The notes beneath the pieces were generated by a model. The model had not been told where the DNA came from. It did not search any database and was given only the letters and a program-made list of their open reading frames with translations. The translations under genes were made by a program, and so were the position numbers. From assembly GCA_965113315.1 (NCBI GenBank), contig OZ220369.1: a stretch of DNA of 64,000 nt; one strand, given 5' to 3'. Numbering within the stretch: the first letter of the stretch is position 1; every line of letters begins with the position of its first letter. Shown here one piece after another: positions 37,465 through 49,600 of the stretch. This DNA comes from Podarcis vaucheri (taxonomy: Eukaryota).

Positions 37465-37960
37465 TCTAGGCCTTGTTGACAAATTAAAAACTGACAAATC
37501 ACTGGGTTTGGATGGCATCCACCCAAAAGTCCTGAAGGAACACAGGTGTGAAATTGCTGCTCTCCTAACAAAAATACGTAACTTGTTTTTAATATCAGCC
37601 TCCATACCTGAGGCCTGGAAAGTGGCCAGTGTATTACCATCTTTTTGAGAGGAATCCAGAGGAAGTCTGGAAAATTATAGGTTGGTTAGCGTATCTCTGT
37701 TCTGGATAAACTTGTGGAAATCATTAGTAAATATACAATTGCCAAGCGTATATAAGAATATGTTTTGCACATTAGTGATGATTCAGACAGTGACTGAAAA
37801 TAAATCCACTAATATTACACGGTACAGTTATACTAATCTAAGGTGCAATCACAAAGCGATGTATAAAATTATGCATTGTTTAAGAAAGTGGATAGAGATT
37901 CACTGATAAAACTCAGTGGGGCCATCTAATGAAGCTGAATGTTGGAAGATTATGTACATA
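37465..37960 (+). mobile_element. CR1 LINE ORF2 remnant (a further piece near 36790-36880)
   Basis: Peptide KSLGLDGIHPKVLKE..IPEAWKVASV resembles the CR1 motif GPDGIHPRVLKE..VPEDWK. Confidence 0.75.
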
Positions 37961-38511
37961 TAGGCAAGATGCTTTTGCCCACATATGTTCTCCAGACTGA
38001 TCTCACATGACTGAAAGAGGCCAGCTGAGAAGACTAACTCTTGTAGGAAATAGAAGCACAGGGAACCATCAAAGTATGACAGGTTTATATTAAAAAAGGG
38101 AGACTACTATCAATGACTAAAATCATGCTAAGCTACTTCTTTGGCACATTCTTTATTCTCTGGTACATCCTGATCAGTACCCCTCCCCCCTCATTTGTGT
38201 TTCATCTCAAAACAAACTGCTCCCACCCCCCAGTAGTGTATTAAAGGGTCAATAAGCGGTGGTGTCCTGTAGGAATCAATATCAGATACGTGATATTTCA
38301 GTTGTTGACATGCACAGTGATGGCCACTGGTTTTCATTTCTTGAACAGGGAACTGTACAAATTAATGGAGCAGGCAAATTAGCTGTGAGCTTCTATGTTA
38401 AGCAGGATGGCTAAATGGAGACAGTGTGCCATGGAATAGCAGCTGCTATGTTCATACCCTAGGAGTTTGGGTCCATCTAAGCCTTCCACTGCAGCCATAT
38501 CCAATGATAGT

Positions 38512-38740
38512 TAGGGCTGCTATATTTCAAAGAGTGAAAATCTGGACAGGAAAGTTGTTGAATTTTTTTTTTTGGGGGGGGGATGCAAAAATAAATTCAT
38601 TTTGAGCTATTTCTATGGGAAACTGGCAAAAACAGCTTCCATATCTCCGGATTTCCCCGGACATTTGCCTGATTTCTGCCCAGACACTGCTGCCGACTGC
38701 AGTATTCTGGGTATGTCTGGGAAAACCTGTGCCAACCCTA
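38512..38740. mobile_element. Degenerate hAT-like element
   Basis: Ends TAGGGCTGC...GCCAACCCTA resemble TAGGGTTGCC-type TIRs; no clear TSD. Confidence 0.45.
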
Positions 38741-39189
38741 ATTAGTATAAATGTTTTAGTTAATAGCTGACAGTGAAATCAAACATAGAAAACTTGATTT
38801 AAGATGGGCCTTTAGTGCTAATGTCCCATTTCCTATTTTGTCTGATAGGATTCAGCTTCATGCAGTGCATTCTCTCAGGTTAGAGCAGGGACAGCAGCAG
38901 CAGCAGCAAGTGAAGGTTCTTTCCTTCATGCCCTGCTTGTGGGATTCCTGGAGGTACTGGTAGAAACAGGATCCTAGGCTAAAAGTGCCCAATTGGGTTT
39001 TATCAAGCAGAGCTCTGCTTATGTCATATGTGCCATTAATGTATAAACAACAACAACAGGTTAAGGCTAAACAGCTCAGGAGGAATGCAAGTCTATGTTA
39101 GTTCCTTCAGAACATGATAATGCCATCTAGTGGAAGTTTTATAGTAGCGCTCCACAATCCCCCGCTTCGGTGCTTTCCATCCGTACTGG

Positions 39190-39326
39190 CAGTGCTTTTT
39201 TTCTGGGGGAAACGGGTACACATACCCCTAAGCATTTTGTGAATATAAGTTTGGCCTCATTGAGTATTTCATTATGAGTAGGAAAATGAGAATACCCCTA
39301 AACATTTTTTTTAGAAAAAAGCACTG
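39190..39326. mobile_element. hAT MITE
   Basis: TIR CAGTGCTTTTTT / AAAAAAGCACTG; TSD CGTACTGG / CATACTGG (one CpG transition). Confidence 0.85.
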
Positions 39327-41061
39327 CATACTGGGATAGCAGAAAACTAAACTTGGAAGAAAATGCTTTATATTTAATCAAGTGCTTAAATAAAAGGTGA
39401 AGATGCACATAGTTACAGAGTGAAATCCATTTTTTTTTTCAAATTTCTGTTTGGTGATTACAGTAACTGTAATACATATAAAGATGCACAATATTTGTGT
39501 GTGTGTGATATCATTGCAGAGCGCAATGTAGGTACATGAGCAAGCTCATACATCTGCAAAAAGTTGTCAAAGCTTGTCATACAGCCTTTTATGTGGGCAT
39601 CTGCTACTCTAGTCCAGCAACTGTGTGTATGTTCGGAGTAAAACTCCTGAGACACTTCTGGTTACCTGAACTGCAAACTTGTCTATGGGCTAGTTTCTCT
39701 GTTTAAAACATGACACGGCAGGTTTGGTCACTTCATTATGGAAACAATTGTGTGGCCTTCTAACATCTGCTAGTCCACCATGCAAACAGAACGCTGGATG
39801 AGAGAGGTTTTTGGTATGACCCAGCAGGGCTCTTCTGATATTCTTGGAATGACTTTAAGGCTTAAGCCCCCTTTGAAGTGAATATGTCAAGGATTGCAAT
39901 GCAAGACGCAGTTCTACACATGCACACACCTCCCCAACAAGGCAAACAAGAGGCATTAAGAGACCAGTTGGTGGGAGTTGTAGCCCAAAACATCTGGGGG
40001 ACACCCAGTTGGTGAAGGCGGACATCCATTTCAGGTTGCATAACCTGAGAGTGATGGCTTCGCTCTGCAGCAAGCTGTGTTTTCCATTGGTAACCATATT
40101 CCATATGAAAGATCTTCAGGAGGCAGTTTCCTGTCATGTACCAAGTTATTTCTAAGCCTCAGCAAGACAAAGGAAGATCCCTCGAACTCTTTGTTGCAAT
40201 GAGGGCAAGGAGTGTAGCACAGGTTGGAAATATATGTTCCTGCATATATTCTCTTCAGCGCCCCCATTTCCTCCTTTGTTCCCACGCAGCTAATATCGCA
40301 ACTTTGGATCAAAAAAAAAAAAATTATTTATAGACCCAAACTCTGCAAAGGACACAATTGGTTGTTGCCATGGAAACTGGCATTCTGAAAGTATTCAAAC
40401 AGTTTGTTCAGGGAGACTTCAAGCCAGCACATGAGCTTCAAAAGCATCGGGCTTTCAGCTGCAGGGATCTGGGTTCAAGGGGTTGCCCACCTGAGCATCT
40501 CCCCTGTTAAACATAGCCGTTTGCAGCAAAGACAACAAGAACCTTTTCTTAGGGTTTGCACATGTCCGAAGGAGTGGAGCATTCTTGGTGCATATTCTTG
40601 AGGTATACAATGCAGCTGTTATTCTGATATATGATATTCTGAGAGGCCTGTGGTAGCCTGCCTTCATTTGTTCATAGCAACACATGTGGTTTGTCTGGTG
40701 CAGCTGCCATGTGAAGATGAGGGACTTTCACTTTTAAAGGCAGCTTTGCAAATGGTCTTGAAATGTGCTCTTACCATCTCCAGTCCCTGCACCCCAACCC
40801 CCACCCTTCTCCTCCACCTGCACTTTTTGTCCATCCCTTGGTTCCTTATGCCTGCCACTGTCACTTAGGACCAAAATAGGTATGGCCCAAGAGATCTGTC
40901 ATGTGATTTCCATGTGTGGATATGCTTGTTCTCAGTCTAATCCACCACCCCTCCACACACACCTGCTATTAGCCCCACTTGGGGCAATACAGCAGGGCTA
41001 GTAGCTGGGCATGGGGGCAGTTAGAACAGGAAAATGATGGTGGTGGGGAAATCGTTAAACA

Positions 41062-41186
41062 CAGTGGCGTAGCGTGGGTTGTCAGCACCCGGGGCAAGGC
41101 AAGTAATTTGCGCCCCCTAACCCTAACCCCCAGATGCTGCGCCCATTGCGGCTGGGCCCCCCTGCACCCCCCACGCTACGCCACTG
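41062..41186. mobile_element. Young hAT MITE
   Basis: Perfect 17-bp TIR CAGTGGCGTAGCGTGGG; perfect 8-bp TSD GTTAAACA at 41054-41061 and 41187-41194. Confidence 0.92.
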
Positions 41187-41559
41187 GTTAAACACCCCCA
41201 TCTCCAGCACCAATTTTCCAATCAAATTCATCGCCCCTTTTCATCCATTCACAGAAAATCAGAACACAATTCTTCCATGTCTGTTTTGGTACTAAGACTG
41301 CTGCTTATTTCATCTGATAGCACTAGGCATTGGGTTGGCCAACTAAGTCCTGCTCAGAGTAGACCCATTGAAGTAAATGGCCCTAGGTTGTCATATCCGT
41401 TAACTTCAGTGCATCTCCTCTTGAGTAGAACTAGGATTGGCTGCAGCCCCTACACTTGTAGGCTTCACCTCAAAGTGGCTAACCGTAGTTGCACTTCAAA
41501 ACGGTGAAATGGTTCTCTTCAGCCACATATTTTGGTGAGCTCCGCTACCAGCCCTGATG

Positions 41560-41735
41560 GTTGGAGGCAGTAATACTTCTGAATACCAGTTGCAGGAAAC
41601 CACAGGTGGGAAATGTGCTGCTATGCTCAGGTCCTGCTTGCAGGCTTCTCACAGGTATCTGGTTGGCCACTGTGAGAACAGGATGCTGGACTAGATTGGC
41701 CGCTGGCCTGATCCAGCCTCCAGGTTCTTCTTAAA
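41560..41735 (+). mobile_element. Interspersed repeat, CR1-3'-end-like (second copy near 48345-48525)
   Basis: Shared cttctgaataccagttgc...aacaggatgctggactagat between the two loci. Confidence 0.65.
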
Positions 41736-41949
41736 TGTTATTATACTTGTACGCAAATATTGGTCTGGTGACTGCTTTGTATAGGATTACAGCTGGAAAT
41801 TGCCCCCCTTCTATAAATGGATACCACAGTTAAAGCAGTTAGCATCTTCCTAACCCCACTTACTTGGGAGTAAGCCCAACCGACTTCAGTAGGACTTCTG
41901 TGGAGGCACGGTTAGGATTGCACCAATAGGAAATAGGAACAAATATGGG

Positions 41950-42324
41950 TCCGAGACCAGGGAGAAGAGTCGGTGAAAGAAGACTGGAAGAAATTCAAAG
42001 ACTACTTACAGAAACATTGTAAAATTAATGAATGTTAGAAGGATGTTGGATAGAAACTAAGCGGTTTCCAGCTGTAATGCTTTAAGAGATATGAAAAAAA
42101 GAGGTTTCACAAATGGGTAAAAGTTTAATGGTAAGGATTTGCTGAACTAACAAATCAAACTGGAATACAAAGAAGGGAGGTATGAGGAGGTCCGAGGAAA
42201 TAAGTGTATGGAAGTTATGTTATTGAAAATTAATGTGTGTTTTTAACTTTTTTATTTTGTATGTTTATTTTTCTTTTTTCTTGTTATATCTTAGAAACTT
42301 TTAATAAATATCTTTTTTTAAAAA
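41950..42324 (+). mobile_element. L1-clade LINE extreme 3' end
   Basis: Reads RDQGEESVKEDWKKFKDYLQKHCKINEC*, similar to the end of the 58-kb L1 (QDWIKFIEYVKEHCK). AATAAA plus A tail; 22-bp TSD AGGAAATAGGAACAAATATGGG at 41928-41949 and 42325-42346. Confidence 0.85.
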
Positions 42325-44496
42325 AGGAAATAGGAACAAATATGGGGTTCTCGTGAGTTAAACAGTGCTCAGCTAGTGACTGCTGGCTGAGCAAGGCCTT
42401 TTGGCATTGCTAAATATGCAGGAGGAGGTGGCGTCTGGATGGGAGCCTGGCAAGGCTTTGCTCCTTTGCTGCATGGCAAATCCCCAGAGTAAAAATGGGT
42501 TGAGAGGCACTGCATTGTAGCATTGTAACCGGGCATTGCTGTAAAGTCTCTTTGCATAATAGGAGACGAGAATGCAACTGGCTGTCTGGGAATAGCTCCT
42601 TTAGTCACTGTGTTGAATCAGCACCGAAGAGACGCCTGTTTGCAGGCTTGAGCCTCCCCCAGCATTGCTGCCAGATTGCCAAGTAAAGTTCTGTTCCCTG
42701 GTGTGCTCTTGGTATTCGATCAGCACATTCTTTGGGGCTTGTCTAACCACAGAGCATCAATTCAACGCTTGAGAGTTCCTGGTATGAGACTGGGGTGGTG
42801 CTTGAACAGAAGAAGCACAAAAGGAAAACCTCAAAGCAGTTGCAGTTGTTCTCTTCTTCCATTGGAGGGAGCCTGGGGCCTTTCAGTTGCAAGTTGGTTC
42901 TTGCAGAATCAGCGCCACCCTCGATCTGGAGCAATTGCCAAATTCCAACAGAGTTCAGCGCAACCATCTTGTTGGATCGCAGCCAAAATCATTTTACTAT
43001 ATTCCATGCAAAGGGATTTGAAACTCATGAGAGATCACAACCACAGACATCTTTAAAGAAGAGTTCCTTGAGCTCACTTGGATGCTATGAGAGACACACT
43101 TCACCTTGGAGTGCCCCTGTTCACCACAGAGAGAATTTATTTCCGCACTGAAAGTGAGGTTAAAGGAGGGGTATGATCCCATAGGGCTGTATCCAGCTAC
43201 ACTATACTCAGAGGGGTCCCATTGATATAAGCTGACTTACATTAGGGATGCACACTGATTTCAACAGGTCCACTTCATCACATGCAACCCATAGTTTCAT
43301 GGAACCTTCAAGATTCAATCACATGCAAACAGAGCACCACCTGTATCTAAAAAGAAGGAAAAGAAAAGCATCTGACCCTGTAGAAAGACTTTATGCTGTA
43401 AACAGAGCCTGAGACACTGTGAAACAGGCTGTAAGGTCATCTGCACCATTATATAACACCCAGCACACACAGCCTGTGCGTTTGGCAACTACATGTCCTG
43501 CAGCAAATCAACAGGTGAATGACATCCTGTTGTTGCATGTTCTATGCTTAAAGTTTCTTCCGCTGAGTTTTTGCTTGTCATAAAGCATATGTAGCACAGG
43601 AGCCCCAGCAGGAAAAAAAAGGTGGTGGTTGGTTCTAGCAGTGAAATGGCTCACCCACAGCTATTCTGTAGCAGCCACAGCAGGAGCACTTGGCCTCCTG
43701 TCTACAGAGCCTGTGCTTTAAGCCCAGTGCCTGCCATCCTTCTCCTTGGCACCCATGTTGGCAGTTCTCCAGACCTTCCGTTCTTGCTCCATGCCGCGAC
43801 AACACTCTGTCTGGAAGAAAAAGCAACTTCTGTCTCATGGGCACCCAATCCAGATGGAACCGCTACAACATTTTGACTTGAGACTATGAAGCCTATTTTC
43901 AAACTGGGATGCTATTAAGTGGCTGCTCTGAATTTAGGGCACAAAGGATGCTTGCGCAGAATCAAACATCTGGGAAAGAGACCGATATATTCTCTCTCCA
44001 ACCCCTCTAAAAGTGGAGACTTATTTCTGCCAGAGTCCATCGCTAGAACATAGACAGGGAAGGGCTGTGGCTCAGTGGTAGAACAACTGGGCATCTCCAG
44101 GTAGCACTGGGAGAGACTCCTGTCTGAAACCCAGTCAGTGCAGAAGCAATGGATTGTAGCCAGTGCCAGCCTACTCAAAGCAAACACTTTGAAATGAATG
44201 AACAGGCCTAACTTAGGTTCATTCATTCACCATCTTCATCACCATCAATTCCAATGGGTCTGTTTTGAGTAAAACTTAAGCTGAATACAGGCCAATACTG
44301 GGCTAGATGGACCATAGTCTGGCTCAGTTTAAGACAGCTTCTTTTATTCTTAATGCTGTTGAAAGCTTAGCCAACTCTTTCTAATTATTAGTAATGAGAG
44401 CAGTTTAGAATGTCATTGATCTTTACCCAACTCCCTTGCTATTAATTGCTTTCTGATCTGCCACCTCTCAATTTTGTTTTATGTTGAAGAAGTTGC

Positions 44497-44568
44497 TCCC
44501 TCCCTCCCTCCTTCCTTCCTTCCTTCCTTCCTTCCTTCCTTCCTTCCTTCCTTCCTTCCTTCCTTCCT
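44497..44568. repeat. (CCTT)n microsatellite
   Basis: Direct reading. Confidence 0.97.
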
Positions 44569-46517
44569 TTCCACATCATCTGCAGTTAAAATGAGCTTTG
44601 CAAGAGACAGGCTGCAAGTGGATTGCTGGGGAGACCTCACTTCCTTACAGAATTACAGCTCCCATGTTTCCTTGGCAAAGAGTTTTCTCTCCAAAAGCAC
44701 CCTGTGCTCCTCCACCAAGTCTCACAAATCTTCAGAGGCCTCTGGCTGTTCACTCCATCTATCTGTAGGCAGTGCTTCCTGTGTGGGATTCACAGGTGCA
44801 TTTCATCGCTTGATGTCACTCATTGAGTCACAGTGGAACATGTGAATTCTCTTTTGAAATGTATTGTGTTTGAGGCGCTGTACAGAAGTCTTCCAAGTCT
44901 TCCCTTGATCATACTACAGGGCTGAGTGATGAACTCACATGTATGAATGTCAGAGTGTTCCTGTCTAATGAAATAGATGTCCTGGCTTCATAGTGATAAA
45001 TGGGGAAGAACATTTAAAGCCCTATGAGCTCTCTGAATCACAGTGAACATTTTTGTTACAAAAGATGGGATATTAAATCAACAAAATATAAACTCCTATA
45101 GAATCTCCCATTTATCACAAAGACCCACAGTTCACTTTTCTAAAGCTCCTCTCATTAATTTGTTGCTTATTGTCCTCGATCATGTTTGTGCCCCTATCTC
45201 AAGGACTCAGGGGGGAATGAAATCAAGCTAGCTCATTTCAACTGCAAAAAATAAAGTTCTATGCAGCAATTTGGATCCGAATCTCCCACCACTGCACACC
45301 ATACACTTAGTATGCACCTGTCACAATTTAGGGTCCAGAGGTTGAGATACAATCACACAACTTGGTTTAGTTTCTGTATGGATGGTGGGATACCTTGGGT
45401 GGTAGTCAGCCTTGTTCTACTAGGTGTGCAGGAAGAAAAGTTTGCTTGTGGACCCATTACCTAGCTGGAAGCAACATCACCTTATAAGGTAGAAGAACAA
45501 TAGCCTGAGTTTTGTGTGTGAATTTGACTGAAGCTGAAAGCTGGAGACACAGAGACATGACTGCTTTGTGCTGGACCCAAAGCCGTCACTTGGGGCTTCC
45601 CTGGAGATCTAATGGGGAAGTCAGATCTCCTGGTTTGTTAATGGTGTGATCTCCTCCACCCTTTGCTCAGTTTGTATTTATATACATCTAAATAAAGCCA
45701 AATATCCTAAAGACTCCACAATCTCCGCTGACTTTCATTCTAAGGAAACCGAATCATGGGCAAGTGCAGGACCTGCTCACCACTTGGAGATCAGGGTGTG
45801 CGCAACACTATTTTCCTTTATTGTCCCAAGAGAGAAATTCAATGAAATTCTACCTCTGTTCAGATGCTCAGCTGTTCCCCACCCCCTCCTCCTTGCTGCC
45901 TTAGTGACCTACCAGCAACGTGGGGATGACTCACTCAATGCTTGTGGCAAGTCCACACCTTTTTAAACACTGCTATTTTAGTTGCTGCTCTGAAAAGCAA
46001 CAAGGACGGGGGAAGCCTGGGAACAGGGTGGTGCTGTGGAATATGTCACTCTCCAGAGATTCTGTGGCCTATATGATCATTGGAGCTACTCGTTTGCCTC
46101 CCAACCCGTGGAAGACGTGGGATATTTGGAATATAGGCCTGGATTTTGTTCAGTGCAAGGAAGAGGGAAAGAGAGAGCATGCAGACCATTGGCCAGCTCA
46201 GCAACACTGATTTAGGACTCCACATTTGCAGTTTAGAAGGGCTGTGTATGGCATTTATGATAAAGAAGCAGTGTAATGCAATAACATCCAGATTCATTGG
46301 CTGCATGTGGGGAACTCACGATCTCAGGGCAGCAAGATGGCCTGTCCTGAAATCTGTCCAGTTCTTGGGCATATGAAAGGGACATTCTCAATGTCTGTGA
46401 AGCAGGCCTACACGTTAGACATTTGCTTAACTGGGAAAATGTCACCTTGGCAAATCCACAGCATGCATTTAAAGCATATTCAGTGAATGTTTAAAGAGCA
46501 GGCATATCTCAGATATA

Positions 46518-46646
46518 NNNNNNNNNNNNNNNNNNNNNNNNNNNNNNNNNNNNNNNNNNNNNNNNNNNNNNNNNNNNNNNNNNNNNNNNNNNNNNNNNNN
46601 NNNNNNNNNNNNNNNNNNNNNNNNNNNNNNNNNNNNNNNNNNNNNN
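46518..46646. other. Assembly gap (129 N)
   Basis: Run of n. Confidence 1.
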
Positions 46647-49600
46647 CCAGCTGCAGGGGTGGGAGGGGGGAAACCTGGCTCCATCCCTAGCCAGCTTCAC
46701 TCCTGTGGCCAGAAGAGGGAAAGCAATAGCAGGGTTTTTTCCTTTTCCTGGAAACAGCTGGGCTGCCTGCAGCTGCACCTGCGTCCTCACAAGGAGCAAT
46801 ATCTGTGAAGCACAATAAAGAGAAGTGCAACAAAGTGAGGTACACAAACTACACTTCCCAGGATTCTTTGGGGGAAAGTCAAGTATAAGTGTGGATCTGC
46901 CCATTGATATCAGCAGTGTTTGTTTCTCTTCAGGGTTTTGTGTGAGGGTGGCAGGCAGCTTCTGTTCTAAATACACTGATTATCAAGGGAAGCAATAAAC
47001 TATGTGAAATACTAACCCTGTCCCCCAAGAAAAGATCCTAGCAGCTTAGTTAGTTTGGCAGGGATTAATTTCAAGTAAGCAGACCCAAGATTGTGACCTA
47101 AGGGTGCTTTCAAGTTGTCAGCATTTTGTGGGAGGGATTCAAGCAGAAACCTGACATTTAGGGTTGCGCAACTGAAATGGACTAAAAGGCTCTGTCACCC
47201 GAGTGAAACAAATCCATTTTAACAACAACAACTGGACTTTTTGCAGTGTGGAAAATTACAGGGAAATACCCTGAAAAGCATGTGATGAGAGCACAATTAA
47301 CAGGAAGACCTGAAGGCACTCTGCATGTTAATCAGGATGAAGGCTCATTGTCATATAACTGCCCTGTCAACAAATCAGAAAAAGCCCCATAAAGAGTGGA
47401 CAGAGACTATAAAATTACTGAGGTGTTGGCAACCTTGTTAGAGCTGGAACACTTCCATCACCTTGCCCTCTCCAACATGAATTACACCCAATACTTCATG
47501 CCAGCTTCACATGGGGGTCAAGGGCCCCTCCCTTTGGGACCATGGCATTGGTCAGCAGCTGATGCTTGCAGGAGACACAGCTCCCCTTCTCCATTCATTT
47601 TGTCCAGGGGGAAAAAATGTAATATTTGTGCAACCAACTGATGGCAAAATGTACTGGGGCCTGGTGCCTATTGGAACTGATAGGGCAGAAGGCAGGTGGA
47701 CTAACATGAAGTGAAGCCAGAACCAATGACAGGCAGGGACACTCTCTGACTGCCTGTAAGTAAGAAGGTGGGCAGGCAGGTGAGGACCGGCTGGGGGAAG
47801 ACTGAGATTAGTGGCCCAGTATCCAATTCATCCTAATGGACCAGCTTCCACTAGCAGAATGTAGCTTCTGTCTCACCCTTGGGGAGTGTCTGGTTTAGGG
47901 TGCAATTCCACAATTCATAAGGTACAAGATGAAGGGGAGGCATGCACAAGCCCCTCCCTTAGACCTGTACAACTGGTAGCCCACCAAGGTAACCTCATCT
48001 CACCTGACATTGTGTTGTGACCTGCTGGGTGCTTGCCAATGCTCATCTCCCATTTTTGCAGTCCCAGGCAGGTAGTAAAACCAGAGGTTTGGTGGGCTGG
48101 CATTAGGTGGATTGCATTCAGTGGCTTTTCAAGCTCTCATAGGCAGGGGAGCTGTCCAGCAGGACAAAGTACGTAGTACGTTTCAGAGAAAGGTTGCCGA
48201 GGCAGCTGGGGAACTGTCCAGCTAGGTAGTTATGACAGGAATCGAGAAGCAACAAATTGTGCAACAGCAACATCCAAGCAACAAGTGAAAAGTTAAATAA
48301 CTGCCTATGGCTGCTAGCTATGGCTATGCTGTGCCTCCACCATTGGTCAGAAGGCAGTAATGCTTCTGAATACCAGTTGCTGGAAACCACAGAAAAGGAG
48401 ACCACTCTTGTGCCCAGATGCTTCTTGAGGGTCTCCTACAGACATTTGGGTGGCTACTGTGAAAACAGGATGCTGGACTAGATGGGCTATTGGCCTGCCC
48501 AAGAAGGCTCTTCTTATGTTCTTAACTCTCTTCCCATAGCATTGGTAGGGTCCTGATCTAGAGGCTACTTAGGTTGAGCTGCCAGCCACATGCTGCACCT
48601 TTTGGCCTGGGCTTTAGCAAAGACCCATGCTCTCACCTGCTGAAGTTGTGTAATTTGTTTAGAGCAAATAGGTGTGTCTCATTGGCATGCATTAGATTTT
48701 CCCCACATTCTGCAGCCTCTCCAGGTGGACAGTCTCTTAGGGCTGGCAACCAGAGCCTACACTGTTGACTTTACACCAGGTGTGGGGAACCTTTGGCCCA
48801 CCAGATGCTGCTGAATGACAACTCCCACCATCCCTGACCACTGATCATGCTTTCTGGGGCTGTTGGGGGTTGAGCTACATCTGGACGGCCAAAGCTCCCC
48901 CACAGAGTAGACTCTGATTTTCCATAGATGAAACTGCAAGTCCCAAGCTGAGGGTGGGAGGCACAGACCCTGGTGAACTGGCCTCCTCTGAAGACACTCC
49001 TTCTGAGTCAAGCTCTGCTGGTGAGACATGATCTAGCTTGTGCTTCAAATGATAACACAACAATGCATATAGAGCAGGCTTCTCCAACAGCTACTTAATT
49101 CTTCTCCAAAGACATTTCAACAGGTGTTTATGCAAGATAATCTGTTTAAAATATCACTCATTCATTCATAAATACTGTATACTGATTCTTCTCACAACAG
49201 GCATTCTCACAACAACTTTATTACGGGATAGTTAAAATGTTTCTTTTTGAACATTCTGGCCTTTTCTAATATTGCACAGTGTGGGGTTTTTGCTTGTTGG
49301 TTTCTTTAGAGATCTAATATTGCTGCCTAATTTCCCCTGTCTGTCTCATTTGGGGAGACTTCTGCTGCCCTAGATCATCTTGGGAGTCCTGCTATATTGA
49401 CAAACCAAAGCCCGGTTCTTCCCGGTGCTAGAAGCAAAGAGACACACACACACACCTGCCCAGTTTCCAGCAGAAAGCTTGCTGGCTGCTGTGCTTTTTC
49501 AGATCAAGATCAACTCTTTTCTTTTGCTGCTGCAGTTGAGCCTCTTGATGTGGAAACTGGCTCTATTTTTATCTGGCTAAGGAAGATCAGATTTGCAGTA

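Noticed and set aside
41082-41100. REST/RE1-like TCAGCACC upstream of neuronal JPH3
   Set aside because: The right half-site GGACAG is missing and the match lies inside a MITE.
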